Origin: Octopus vulgaris
Lineage: Eukaryota
NCBI GenBank assembly: GCA_951406725.2
Contig: OX597830.1
Span: 8,184,001 to 8,248,000, forward strand
Length of the DNA: 64,000 nt
Direction of reading: 5' to 3'
Shown here one piece after another: positions 24,605 through 36,532 of the stretch (within the stretch, counting starts at the first letter, position 1; every line of letters begins with the position of its first letter). The notes beneath the pieces were generated by a model. It made no database searches and had not been told where the DNA came from. It was given only the letters and a program-made list of their open reading frames with translations. Both the position numbers and the translations under genes were made by a program.

Positions 24605-26052
24605 TGAATGAGAGAGCAGTGCATGCCAACAAAGTGACACTGGGGTACAAATATACGAATCCCAGTATACCTATCCTGACTACCCGTCTGATAAGGGTAC
24701 ACCAGGCACATGTATCACAACCATATGTGCGCGACATGGTGATCTCCCTTCTATTTGCCGACGATATCAAACTGGTCGCTCCTCGCGGTAATATAGAGGA
24801 TCCTCGTCGATGCCTCCACCAAATTTGGAAGTGGTCTAACAATTGGGACCTGTGTCTGAACGTGTCAAAGTGCTGTCATCTGCCTGTCGGCTCTACTCCT
24901 GCAACTCAACTTGATTTCGAGCCGGGTCGTCTGCTGCTGGAGAGGACCGATCAGGTAAAGGACCTAGGTATCTTGGTGGATTCCTCCTTTTCGCCTTCGG
25001 CCCAGTGCGTCCATGCTGCCAACAAAGCACGCGGAATTCTGTTCTTGATTCGACGGTCATTCGGAATGCTCACAGCAGCCATATTCCTACCACTCTATGT
25101 CACGCTGGTGAGACCCATATTGGAGTATGGGATTCAAGCCTCTTCTCCTTATCTCCTCAAAGACATACAGCATCTCGAAAGAGTCCAGAAGCTGGCTACC
25201 CGCATGGTTCATGGTCTCAAAAATTTGTCCTACGAAGAAAGGCTGAGGACGCTCGACCTTTATTCTCTTGAAAAACGCCGCCGCCGTGGTGATCTCATTC
25301 TCGCCCACAACATCATAAGCGGAAAGTGTAACCTCTCGAAAGAGCTGTTCTTCACTCCTGCTCCAGAGCGTCGGCTGCGGGGTCATTCCGAAAAGCTCTA
25401 CCTGCGACGATTTCATCTCAATCAAAGGAGAGGAGCTTTCTCCGTCCGGGTTGCGGATCCGTGGAACAAGCTGCCAGACGAGATGGTGAAGATGCCGACG
25501 ACCGCTTTGTTCAAAGCCTCCTTGACCTCAAGTGGCCTGAACTCTTTACATGAACACCACCCTCTACTTAACTCCATGTCCCCCTACATGGCCTTGCTAT
25601 TTGCTTTTGAGCCAAATTAACTAACTAACTAACTAACTAACATATCAAGATAAACAGCATATGACCTTGCAGGTGGGGGCCCAGTTAGAATTTTGTTCTG
25701 GTCGAGTAGCCCATCCCGCTCAAAAGGTCCCTGAATAAGGGTTGTTTAAGGACGTTGAACGAAACACCCATGTTTCCAGAGGTGAATTATTCAAACCCCA
25801 AAGAATCCCTCTCAACACATGGCTATGATGCTCCCCCACTACTTCTGCTCGTGATCAGAGATGCACACATCGTCAGCCACAAAGTGATATGCTCAACTGG
25901 TTAAGGGCAAACAACTGACAAGCAAATCTGTGGTATTGAGCAGAATATTTGCTGTAGCCCATCTTTTATACCAAGACAAAACAATGTACATGATAACACT
26001 TCCAATCAGTTAAGACCAGAAGCCACGAGAGCCACTACCTGGTACTGCATCA
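24605..26052 (-). mobile_element. ~550-bp non-coding interspersed element ('G family'), interrupted by the LINE
   Basis: 24605-24745 plus 25641-26052 is the reverse complement of 60431-60981 and is flanked on both sides by (TTA)n. Confidence 0.85.
24746..25640 (+). mobile_element. 5'-truncated CR1/L2-group LINE (RT C-terminal half, 3' UTR, (CTAA)n tail)
   Basis: LFADDIKL RT motif, LERVQKLATRMV, SYEERLRTLDLYSLEKRRRRGDLI, RGH..KL, FSVRV..WNKLP. Tail ctaactaactaactaactaa at 25621-25640. The first ~47 aa of the listed ORF come from the host repeat, not the LINE. Confidence 0.92.
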
Positions 26053-26178
26053 TCATTATTATTATTATTATTATTATTACTGATTTCTAATACCGTCGTA
26101 CGACCACTAATATTTTAGGTAGCAACCCCCAATATGTTGTGGCGAGAGTACGACATCCACTGACAGAAATATAGACTA

Positions 26179-26542
26179 CTAGCAGTATCGCCCGGCGTTG
26201 CTCGGGTTTGTAAGGGAAATAACTATATAAGCATTTTTAGAGATGTAAAGTATAATAGCCATCTCAATATGGCTAACCACAAAGGGGGGGTACTGTAGCT
26301 CTTTACGTTCTGAGATTTAATAATAAATTTTTAGAGAGTTACTTCCCTTATATATGCCAAAAATGCATTAAAAATGGGAAAAATTGATGGTAAATTCTTT
26401 TTAAAATCGTAGAAGGGCTCGATATGAATCACGACTATAAGATACCCGGTTTTGGTTAAACTGCACCGCAAAATGTGGGAGTAGTTAGGAATCTAAATCG
26501 TAGGAGACAGACAGCACACAACCTCACTTTTATATATAAAGA
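26179..26542 (-). mobile_element. Non-autonomous Helitron, same family as 6239-6631 with an internal deletion
   Basis: Reverse-complement match including the TC start and the hairpin-CTAG end. Confidence 0.88.
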
Positions 26543-29530
26543 TATATGAATAGTCGCTGTCTGACGTAGTTCGTGCTAGTTCCACAGTCCGTGTGTTGAT
26601 AGTTCAACGTTTCCAGTTCGAGTTGGCGTGTTGGATTGTTGGTTCCTAAATGATTGTTGTTCCGTTCCGCGTGGTTACTGCCGTTTATTGTTACACTGTT
26701 GCGGTGTATTCGTTTATCCATAAGGATATAACACAATATATAACTGTTATGTATTTTATCGATGCCGCAAAGATATCGGAGAATTAATGCCGACTGGGTA
26801 AGCCTCGGTGAGGTTTGAACTCAGAAAGAGAGACAGACAGACAGACAGAAGGAGAGAATAGTTGAGTGTGTGTGTGTGTAGACTGTTGTTCCTCGTGGTC
26901 AAAGATGGTTGACCCATTTAACTTCAGTGGATCCACACGTGACTTTATAGGATCAATGAGGGTAGCCGCAAGTTCGCTTACAACCCGGACATTGGAAGAA
27001 GTTTTGATGGTGTCAGGCTGCTGTTTCTCGGCTGTTTATTGTCTGAGGTGTTCAATTAGTGTTGTATCGAAGTGTCCGATTCAGGGCCTGTGAGAGTGGG
27101 GTGGAGCTCAAGGAGAAAAATATGGGCCCCGTGACTATCTGCTGAAACCCTCCAAACATAAACATGGTTCAACACCCTTGATTTCACATAGGGCCGATCC
27201 CCGCCCCGCCATCATTCCGGGGGATGGGGGTTCCCGCTTTATCCGATTGCTTCCTTGTTAGACGCTGTCTTAGGTGACCATCACCACTTAAGTTATTTAC
27301 CTCAGATTCCCATTCGCTGATGCCATGCACCTTTAAGCAAAATTTTCCTTCAAGATGTCTTTGAATCGCTTCCTTTGTCTCTCACCTGCCCTTTTTCCTG
27401 TTTTTTTTTTTTACATTTTGTTGAGAGTAAAACAGTTGTTTGGAAAACTGTCCAGTATTTGCGTTCATGGCCACCCCATCGAAACTTCTATCGAATAATT
27501 GCAACTTTAACACAAGATGTATTCTTCTTTCTGTTCTACTATTCCTCATCCCCATCCCACTGGCAGGGCCGGCCCTAGGGTTGCTGGCACCCCGGGTAAG
27601 CTGAACTTCGGCGTGTACAAGCTGACGGTCGTAGAAATCTCCTTGTCTTTGTCACGCCCTCCTTGGCACCCCGGGCGACTGCCCAAGTTGATAGTGCCAC
27701 TAGCGTAGCTAGGTGGGTGGGCGGTAGGAGCGGTCCACCCCAAGCGGCACTTTTAAAGGGGCACCACTTTTGGGTCTAACTGTAGGCAACACGTGTCTTT
27801 TTGTGGGATTCGGAGGCGACAAACGGAAGGTCCGCCCCGGACGGCACACACTCTAGCCACGATAGTGGGTAGTGGTGGAGGAGGAGGTGGTGGTTGTGCG
27901 ACGATGTGAGAGTGATAACTGTAGCGACGGTGGTGGTGGTGGTGGTGGCGGCAACGGCGACGGTGCTGATGATAATAGTGATAACGGTGGTGGTGGTGGT
28001 GGTAGGTGAGGTAGCGGTGTTTATTATCATTATGTCAAGGGGTGCAGTCTAACCATTGTTGTTGCTGCTACTGCGGCTACTACTACTACTACTGTTATTA
28101 ATTACTCTAAACAGTTTTATTGACTTTGTTTTGTGGGGGTTTTTTTTTGTTGGAATCATACGAATGGCTGCCAGTTTTCTCTTTATTATTTTTATTATTT
28201 CTTGCTTTTCATTACTTGTTTGTTTTTCTTTAATTCCTTGTTTACTTTTTTATTTTTTTTTTTGACGCTTCCTTTTATTTCAAACACAAATCCAATGACG
28301 ACGTCCGCTCCCTTCCTCTCCACCTCTTCGTATTTCTCTTCGGATGGTGCTTGAAAACAGTGGTATGGGCTTGGCCCGAAAACGGAAGAAAAAAAACTGT
28401 CCTCTACCTGCCTGTCCTACCCTCAACCTGCAGTAAAAGTGGCAGGGGGGGCGATCTTTATGGACTCAGTTGACAGCCAGATATATCTACGCGTAATAAC
28501 AGTTGTCCTAGCTAATGCGGAAGCCTATAAATGGTCTTTCGACCTGCAAGAAATAGCAGTGAAATCTTCCTCAAAGATTACCCTACCGTCTTCAAAAATT
28601 CTGACTATACAAGATGAATACCTGTCCCTTCACTCGTTATACTAGTTGCCTCCAACACTCTGGCCCCGCAATAACTACTAACGCCAGTCCTTCCTCCCCA
28701 GAATATCCCACTGGAGTCTTCCTTTGTTCATGTCTTTCCTTCAGTATCGGAGACTCTGCGAAGGTTATGGACACTACTCCTTCCTCCAGACACAACAAAT
28801 GGAGGGGGAAATGTATGGTAGAAACGAAGACCGGATGGTCACGGCTGGAAAGACTGGTTGAACGATGAGTAGTCGACACGGACATTTCTTTAAATATTTG
28901 CCAACCCCGTCAGAGAATGACCATGGCTATGAACACGCCAAGCAACTCCAACGTCTTCAAAAAACACAAATACCACCAAATGACAATATTTATAGAAGTG
29001 ATGTTTATTCGCCAGGAACCAACATTACTGCTATTTTTAAACTCGGCAGGTTATTCGATGCAATCTGCACCCAATATATATATTGCAAACAGGGGAGTGA
29101 ACCTCTGCCATCTTTCAGCCACGACACCACGCGCTCGTACAGTTTCGACCTCTTTGCGTTCATCCTCGGTGGTGGATACTTATTTGCTAGAGATAGCAAG
29201 GGTCCACTCCACCTCGCAATAAATAGAAATCAAGTGACACACAGTCACTGATCTTGCAACAAACAAATTACTGAGTTAGAAAACTCTATAAGACGTTACT
29301 GCTACTTTTAACTCCTGGAGGACACCTGGGGTTAAATATTACTTCTCAGTATAGCTTATAACAATACTTATAAATAATCTAAAAAAAATAATGATAATCT
29401 TTTAAAACCGCTTTTACAAAAACAGGAAGTATTGTTACGCATTCAAAAAGTCAAATGTTTAACAATTATGGCCGCTGTTGGTACACATTTTTTCTGAGAT
29501 AATCGTGTTGAGCCTCACCCAGTTAGTGTA

Positions 29531-29746
29531 CGAGGGGGTGGTGCTGAAAAGTGCCTGGCTTTGGATAAAAGATAATACAGGGGGATTAGTTAATCGTGAT
29601 TTTATTCAACATATTCGTCTCAGATTCACACACTTACTGCAGTGGTCCTTCAGTTTTTCTGTCCTGAAAAAGAACACGGAAGGTTGGGTCTCCAGCCAAG
29701 CCTTTCGCGACACCCTTAAAGCCAGGCACTTTACAGCACCCTGCCG
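29531..29746 (+). mobile_element. Mariner-type MITE copy
   Basis: ta|cgagggggtggtgctgaaaagtgcctggcttt ... aaagccaggcactttacagcaccctgccg|ta. Confidence 0.78.
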
Positions 29747-30645
29747 TACGTAGGAGGCCACAGCTTACCGTTTCTCTTCTGAAACCGAGTGTTGAGACGA
29801 TGCGAACCGGATTTCAACCAGAAAATGTTCGAAATACATACCATTTCTATTGGTACCATTTCTGTTGGTTTCTTAATGAAAGGAATATTTGTGATATTCG
29901 CCGACTCCTAATTATGCATTCATATCGCTACCTCTGATCTGAACATTGTGTTTTATAAGAATGGAGGGCGTAGAAACAGGCATAATGCATGGTGGGGAGT
30001 GTGAGAGGTGTATGGTGGTGAAGCTGATATAATGGGTCAGAAGCGGTTGGGTCACTGCTGTGCAGTGGAATTGAAATTGAAATCACATAGCCAGGCAGCA
30101 AATGGGCGTTAAACAATGATGTACGTATGTATGTGTGTATATCACACGTATGTCATATATATATTTCTTTACTACCCACAAGGGGCTAAATACAGAGGGG
30201 ACAAACAAGGACAGACAAACGGATTAAGTTGATTACAGTACGTAACTGGTACTTATTTAATCGACCCCGAAAGGATGAAAAACAAAGTCGACCTCGGCGG
30301 AATTTGAACTCGGAACGTAGCGACAGACGAAATACGGCTACGCATTTCGCTCGGCGTGCCGTCTCTTCGCCGCCTTGACACGTATGTCATATATACATCA
30401 CACACCTCACAACACGATGTATACAAAGATCTAACCATGGAACTTCAAGAAATAGCAGCCAAACCTACTTCAAATTACATCTCTCCTCAATATCTAGAGA
30501 AAAAGAGACATGATGACCACATCTGGAATACAGATGATCTCCTCCTACTGACCAGGGCTGGTGTACGACTAAACTACAACAACAACAACAACAATCTACA
30601 GAAAGAGCTGGACTCAGCACTAGATTTAACAAACAAAAGGTAGGC

Positions 30646-30676
<31 letters not shown>

Positions 30677-31394
30677 TGACATTGTTATTGCTACTGTGTT
30701 CAGGCTATCAGGTGACACCTAGTTACAGTTTGCTAAATTGGGTCTTTTGAACAATTAAGTACCTTGACTTGTCCAATAAATTCATTATGTTATGAAACAT
30801 ATATATAAAAAAAATGACAGGCTATATAAGAAAGTACATGCATATATGCATACATATATGCATACATATATATATATATATATATATAATGTATGTGTAT
30901 ATAGATATAGATATATATATATATATATATATATATAAACATTAAATATTTATTGCAAATTGCCAACATAAAAAGTACGAGTATGTATACGTGTGCATAT
31001 ATACACACATACACACACACACACACAAGCACCTATTCACATAGACACATTTTTTGCATGTATATATAATATAGATATACACACACATATACTGAATACA
31101 TGTATATATATATATATATATCTACATATATATACATTCAGGTACAGACATACAGACAGACAGACAGATATCTTAACATCTGTTTTGTTTCCCCAGCCAT
31201 GTCAATACAGCCATTTATTAACTATAATTAGTTAATTGCGATTTTAATGGCTTCTCTCAATGGGCAATAATTTCTTCTTTACACAATATGGCTGACACAT
31301 TTAGACATTTATTATGGCCCAAAACATGAATAATTTATCCACCTTATCTCATCACAATATCACCAATATTCAGTATGTATGTGCAGTATGTATG

Positions 31395-31432
<38 letters not shown>

Positions 31433-31479
31433 GTACAGACCTTATGTCATAGCCAGTGGTTCATAATACACATACACAG

Positions 31480-31518
<39 letters not shown>

Positions 31519-31534
31519 ATGATGATGATATATA

Positions 31535-31567
<33 letters not shown>

Positions 31568-31579
31568 ATCCTGTATATA

Positions 31580-31766
31580 TATCCTGTCCCTCTATCATAC
31601 ATTAAGCTCTCAACACCTGGCTTAAAGCCATCTCCCTCAATACTCCAGCCCTGCTCTGTTGAGTTGGGTCTGCAAGATTGCCTGATAGCACACAGCATGC
31701 TATATGAGCTCACCTGACAAGAACATCTCTTATAAGCATGAAACTTATTGTAGATCACATTTACAA

Positions 31767-31817
<51 letters not shown>

Positions 31818-32380
31818 GTGTGTCTGTCTGCCCCATCACTGCTTGACAACTGGATTTGGTTTCTTTATGTCCCTGTAACTTAGCAGTTTGGCAAAAGAGA
31901 CTGATAGAATGCCAGGCTTTAAAATTACATACTGTGGTTAATTTGGCTGACTAAAACCCTTACTTTAGTCGACCCCTAATTTGGTCGACTGAAACCCTTA
32001 CTTACAATGCGGCCCTTACTAGGACTGCATTGAAAAGTTTTAGTTGACTAAATCAACAATGGTACCTCATTTTAAAGCCCGGTGCTTATTTCATCAGTCT
32101 CTTTTGCCAAACCACTAAGTTGCAGGGACATAAACAAACCAACACCAGTCGTCAAGCATTGATGGGGGCAGGTGCAAAGACACACACACATATACAGGAT
32201 TTATATGTGACCTACTTTAAGTTTCATGCTTGTAATACTGTTATAGTTAGTTGAGCTTGTGTTGCATGTTGTGTGCTATCAGGCAATCTTGTAGACCCCA
32301 CTCAACAGAGCAGGGAGTATTAAGGGAGATGGCTTTAAGCCAGGTGTTAAGAGCTTAATGTATGACAGAGGGGGTAGGAA
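31580..32380. repeat. ~800-bp diverged palindrome
   Basis: A unique ~190-bp block, (TG)n and a SINE A tail are all mirrored about ~31990. Confidence 0.85.
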
Positions 32381-34879
32381 CAGATGCCTTGCTTTAGAGG
32401 AGATACATGGCTCCCACAGCTGGAAAGGGAGAAAGGAGTTTTGTTTTGTGTGTACCTTCAAGATATCAGGTAAATATAAGAGAGAAAATAGGGACAGAAG
32501 ATTGGTCAGCTTGGGGCTACATCATCATCGACATCATCATCATTTAGCATCCATGCTCCTTGTTGGAATGGGTTACATGGTTTGACAGGATCCAATGCAC
32601 ACAAGGACCACATCATGGTCCAATGTCTACTTTTGTGTCGTTTCTTCTGCTGGGTGTCCTTCTTAATAACAACCACTTTACAGGGGTGGGGGCAGGTAAG
32701 TTTTCAAGAGTGTGAAAGGAGAGTGATGGGTGGTTAGAGATGGAGGAAGTGGTGGAAACAGTGGATGGGGTACAAGAGTAGAGGCAAGGTCGGTTTGGGG
32801 AGTGTGGTAAAGGAAATTGGTAAGGGTGTCCATAAAATGATTCCCCACAAACTGACCATTCCCACATAAACTGACCCCAAATAAATTGATCTCCAGATGT
32901 TAACAAGTCAACGAGAGAACTCTTTACTTGGTCCCTTGATCTCTAAATAAAAAGGAGACCTGTGTGTGAATGTGTGTGTGTATGTGCATGCATGCACACA
33001 TAGGTATGTATGTGTACGTGCACATTTACGTGCATGTGTGTGTGTGTCTATGGACCAGATATGTGCATGTGTTGGGATGTGCTGAAAAGTTTCTGGCTTT
33101 AAGGGTACCGTGAAAAGCCTGATTGGAGGCCCAACTTTCCAGGTTCTTTTACAGGGCTTAAGAAACCTGAAGGACCGCTGCAATGTGAATCTGAGAGGGG
33201 AATATATGTTGAATAAAATCATAATTAACAGATCCTCCTGTATTTTCTTTTAGCCAAAGCCAGGAAGTTTTCAGCCCACCCCCCTCGTATGTATACGTAT
33301 ATATATATATATACACACACACAAAAAGGTGCTGAAACGTTCCTGGCACAAAGGGTATCGTGAAAAGCCCAACATTCCAAGTTCTTTTATAGGGCTTAGA
33401 AAAAACTGAGGTACCCTGCGATAAGTAAGTGAATCTGAGAGGGAAATAATTTGAATAAAAATCGTAATTAACTGATCCTCATCCTGGAGCTTTTTAGCAC
33501 CACCTCATACGTATGCATGTAAGTATGTATGTGTGCGTGTGTGTGTATATTCATGCATGCATGTGTGTGTGTATGGACTGAGTATGTGCAGACCTGAATG
33601 CATGTGTGTATGTATGTTTAGGCATATTGACTTATGTATGAACCTGCATGTGTGTGTGTGAATGTGTGAAACTGTGTATGTGTGCATACATAAGCTATAT
33701 ATGGATGGCTCAGTGGTTAGAGCATCAGGCTCACAATCGTGAGGTAGTGAGTTCGATTCCCAGACCAGGCAGTATGTGTTGTGCTCTTGAGCAAGACACT
33801 CTATTTCACATTACTTCAGATCATTCTGCTGTAGAAATGAGTTGTGACATCACTTGTGCCAAGCTGTATCGGCCCCTTTGCCCTTCCTTGGATAACATCA
33901 GTGGTTTTGAGCAGGGAGGCTGGTATGCATGGGCGAGTGCTGGTCTTCCACAAACAACCTTGCCCGGACTTGTGCCTTGGAGGGTAACTTTCTAGGTGCA
34001 ATCCCATGATCATTCATAACCAAAGAGGGTCTTTACCCATTACCCTTTACATATATGTGTATGTGCAGGCATGAATGTGTGTGTGTGTGTGTGTGTTTGT
34101 GTGTTTAGACATATGCTTTGACTTGTATGTGTAAACCTGTATATGTGTAAGTATCATGCTAAAATGTATGTGTATATGTATGTCTCTTTGTGTATATGTA
34201 TGTGTATATGAATGTCTCTGTGTATGTGTATGTCTGTGTGTATGTATGGACAAGTGTATGTGTATTTTATAGTTGTTTAGATTGTGTGAGGGGGGGGATA
34301 CTGTCCTTTGGAAATACTGGTGATGCTGTTGTTGTTGTTACTTTGCTATTTAATTCCGAGTCAACTTTGACCAAGCAGATCTATGTCCAAAGACATGCCA
34401 GCCATGACAAACCCATCTACCTATCCATATGCAGGATAAAAGATCAATAATACTGGCACATGTTCTTATGTTCGATTATTCGATTAGAAGATCCCCCCAT
34501 GGGAAATCAGCTGTGTGTGACTTGTCAAAACAGATCGATATCGACCACTTGTGAGCTTACAGCAGACGAGACAAAAATAAATTGTGGGTAATCAATATAT
34601 TTGATTTCATTTCCGTGGATCGATACAAGGATGTAATGGAGGGGGGGGGACAGAAAATAAATTACAGGAGAAAAAAAACACAAAAAAAAACCAGAAAAGG
34701 GATAAGAAATGTTGCTAGTGCAATCTTATAATGGCTCTTTACGTTTCGAGTTCAAATCCCGCTGAGGTTGACTTTGCCTTTCATCCCTTCAGGGTCAATA
34801 AAATAACGTACCAGTCAAGTACTGGGGTTGATATAATCGACTGACCTCTTCCATTAAAAATATTTTAAAAATTGGGCGA

Positions 34880-34971
34880 AGGTAAAGAATACGCACACCT
34901 GTGTTTAGGGTTTAGGGTTAGGTTAAGGGTTTGGGTTACACCGAAAACGGGTGGTTTGCGTATTCTTTACC
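34880..34971. mobile_element. Small MITE-like element with internal telomere-like repeats
   Basis: ggtaaagaatacgca / tgcgtattctttacc inverted ends around tttagggtttagggttaggttaagggtttgggtt. Confidence 0.65.
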
Positions 34972-35786
34972 CCCGCAAAAAAAAAAAATTGTTACCTTTC
35001 AACTCTGCAATGGACCGACATCTTGTTGAGGAAGCATGTTGTGACCCCGGTCATTTACAGACCATGAAAACTAGGCAACCGACCTTATAAATCCGATAAA
35101 AAAAACAACTAAATAAACGGTCCCCGTTCACATTGCATTCAGTTTCGATTTTCGTTTGACATTTAACAACTTCCGCCCTTTCTTTTTCCACTTCCGCTTC
35201 GTATTTTCACTTTACGTTCGCCTAGAATTGTCATACAACCTCTGTTGTTAGAAATAATAGCCAAACCTATCTCAACAAATGTGAAATCTCAAGTCACTTA
35301 CCCTCTCCCTTTTTCATTTTTTTGTTGTTGTTGTTTGTTTATTATAATTGATATTAATTTATAATTCATGGTTGATATTTTCCTCAAGCAATCCCTGAAA
35401 CAAGCCAGCCCCTCGCATTACGAATTGTTAGACCAAGAATTTACAGTACGAATACAGTCCGGGACAATCGTAGGCAATGTTTCGAACATATAAATTTTTC
35501 TTTCTTTTTTCCCGATGCAGTCTTTGTTCATTTTGTCTTACAGCTTATATGTACAAAGATCGAAAGATCGACTTGAATTTGATTGAATTCTTCTCAGTGA
35601 GACTTCATTTTTTATATATATATATATATATAGGAATAGCCATCACTACCGCGCGGGGAAGGGAAAGGGCAGAGAATTGAGAAACACGCATCAGTTTGTA
35701 TCAATACCGCTTCACAACCGATGTTCGTAAGCGAACGGTTCTGACAAAGCGACCAATAGAATAAGTAACAGACATAAAAAAATAAG

Positions 35787-36001
35787 GGCGATCTTTCGGT
35801 ACAAGTACCATATCTGCCAAGTCTGTTTGTTTACATTTGAAGGAGAAGATAGTTACTTTCCGTAAAGTTTTTCTTTCATATATGTGGGGTTAGGGTTAGG
35901 GTTAGAGGTGGGGGAAAAGGGTTTCTTTTTTCTTCAGAAATGTAAATAAACTCAAGTGGGTTTATAATTGGCATTTATGGTACTTGTACCGAAAGATCGC
36001 C
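35787..36001. mobile_element. MITE with 26-bp TIRs, 8-bp TSD and internal TTAGGG repeats
   Basis: ggcgatctttcggtacaagtaccata / tatggtacttgtaccgaaagatcgcc, TSD aaaataag on both sides. Degenerate relative at ~8005-8210. Confidence 0.85.
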
Positions 36002-36132
36002 AAAATAAGCACTGGGGTCGATATCTTCGACTAAAACCCTTCAAGGCGGTGCCCCAGCATGGTCACAGTCTAAGAAGTGACACAAATAAAAAAAGAAAAG
36101 AAAAGCTCATGGTAATAATAAAAATGTCTCAC

Positions 36133-36532
36133 CGAACGACCAAGGTTCCATTTCGTAATTTCCATATTTAATGGTCTTGTAACCTTCGAATCCAGCACAA
36201 ACGTAAGATTTACCATCTTGCAATTGTTCTATGTCTTTAATAAGTTCTCCAAGTCCGGCTGTGAAGATCTGGCGGACACCATAAGGCAGGTGGACGTTGT
36301 TTTTCGGTAACTTATTAGTTAAATCGTTAAGAAGGTCGTGGAAATTGAAATAGCGATTCGGTGTAATGAAAATTTTTTTCCCTTTGGAAAAACGGTCCCC
36401 GTTCACAAAGAACTTCACACGGCGGGGTTTTCTCAGGTCCTTATAATGGTTATCGGTATTGACACCAGAGTACTTGTTCTCTGAAATATCCACATCACCA
36501 AGCTGTTGTGAAACTGGCGCAACTATGGGCAT
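36133..36532 (-). CDS. Coding exon of a doublecortin (DCX) domain protein, probably the first coding exon (DCLK/DCDC/DCX-EMAP-like; orthology unresolved)
   Basis: Translation KPRRVKFFVNGDRFSKGKKIFITPNRYFNFHDLLNDLTNKL...LPYGVRQIFT...IKDIEQLQDGKSYVCAG matches the DCX fold motifs (F..NGD, F..LL.DLT, LP.GVR.I.T, L.DG.SYVC). Acceptor tttgatAG precedes 36540, ATG at 36532, donor G|GTGAGA after 36133 (phase 1). Confidence 0.88.

Noticed and set aside
24604-24745. N-terminus of the 338-aa ORF as a real protein start
   Set aside because: It is the non-coding G element, fortuitously in frame with the truncated LINE.
27563-27870. GC-rich island as a promoter or gene
   Set aside because: The ends (cagggccggccc..., ctagcgtagctag...) resemble hAT-type MITE termini, also seen at ~10618. 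More likely transposon remnants, with boundaries unresolved.
28745-29251. Plus-strand ORFs in unique sequence after a pyrimidine-AG
   Set aside because: No recognisable domain, and all frames from the acceptor stop early. It may be a terminal exon or UTR but I cannot support that.
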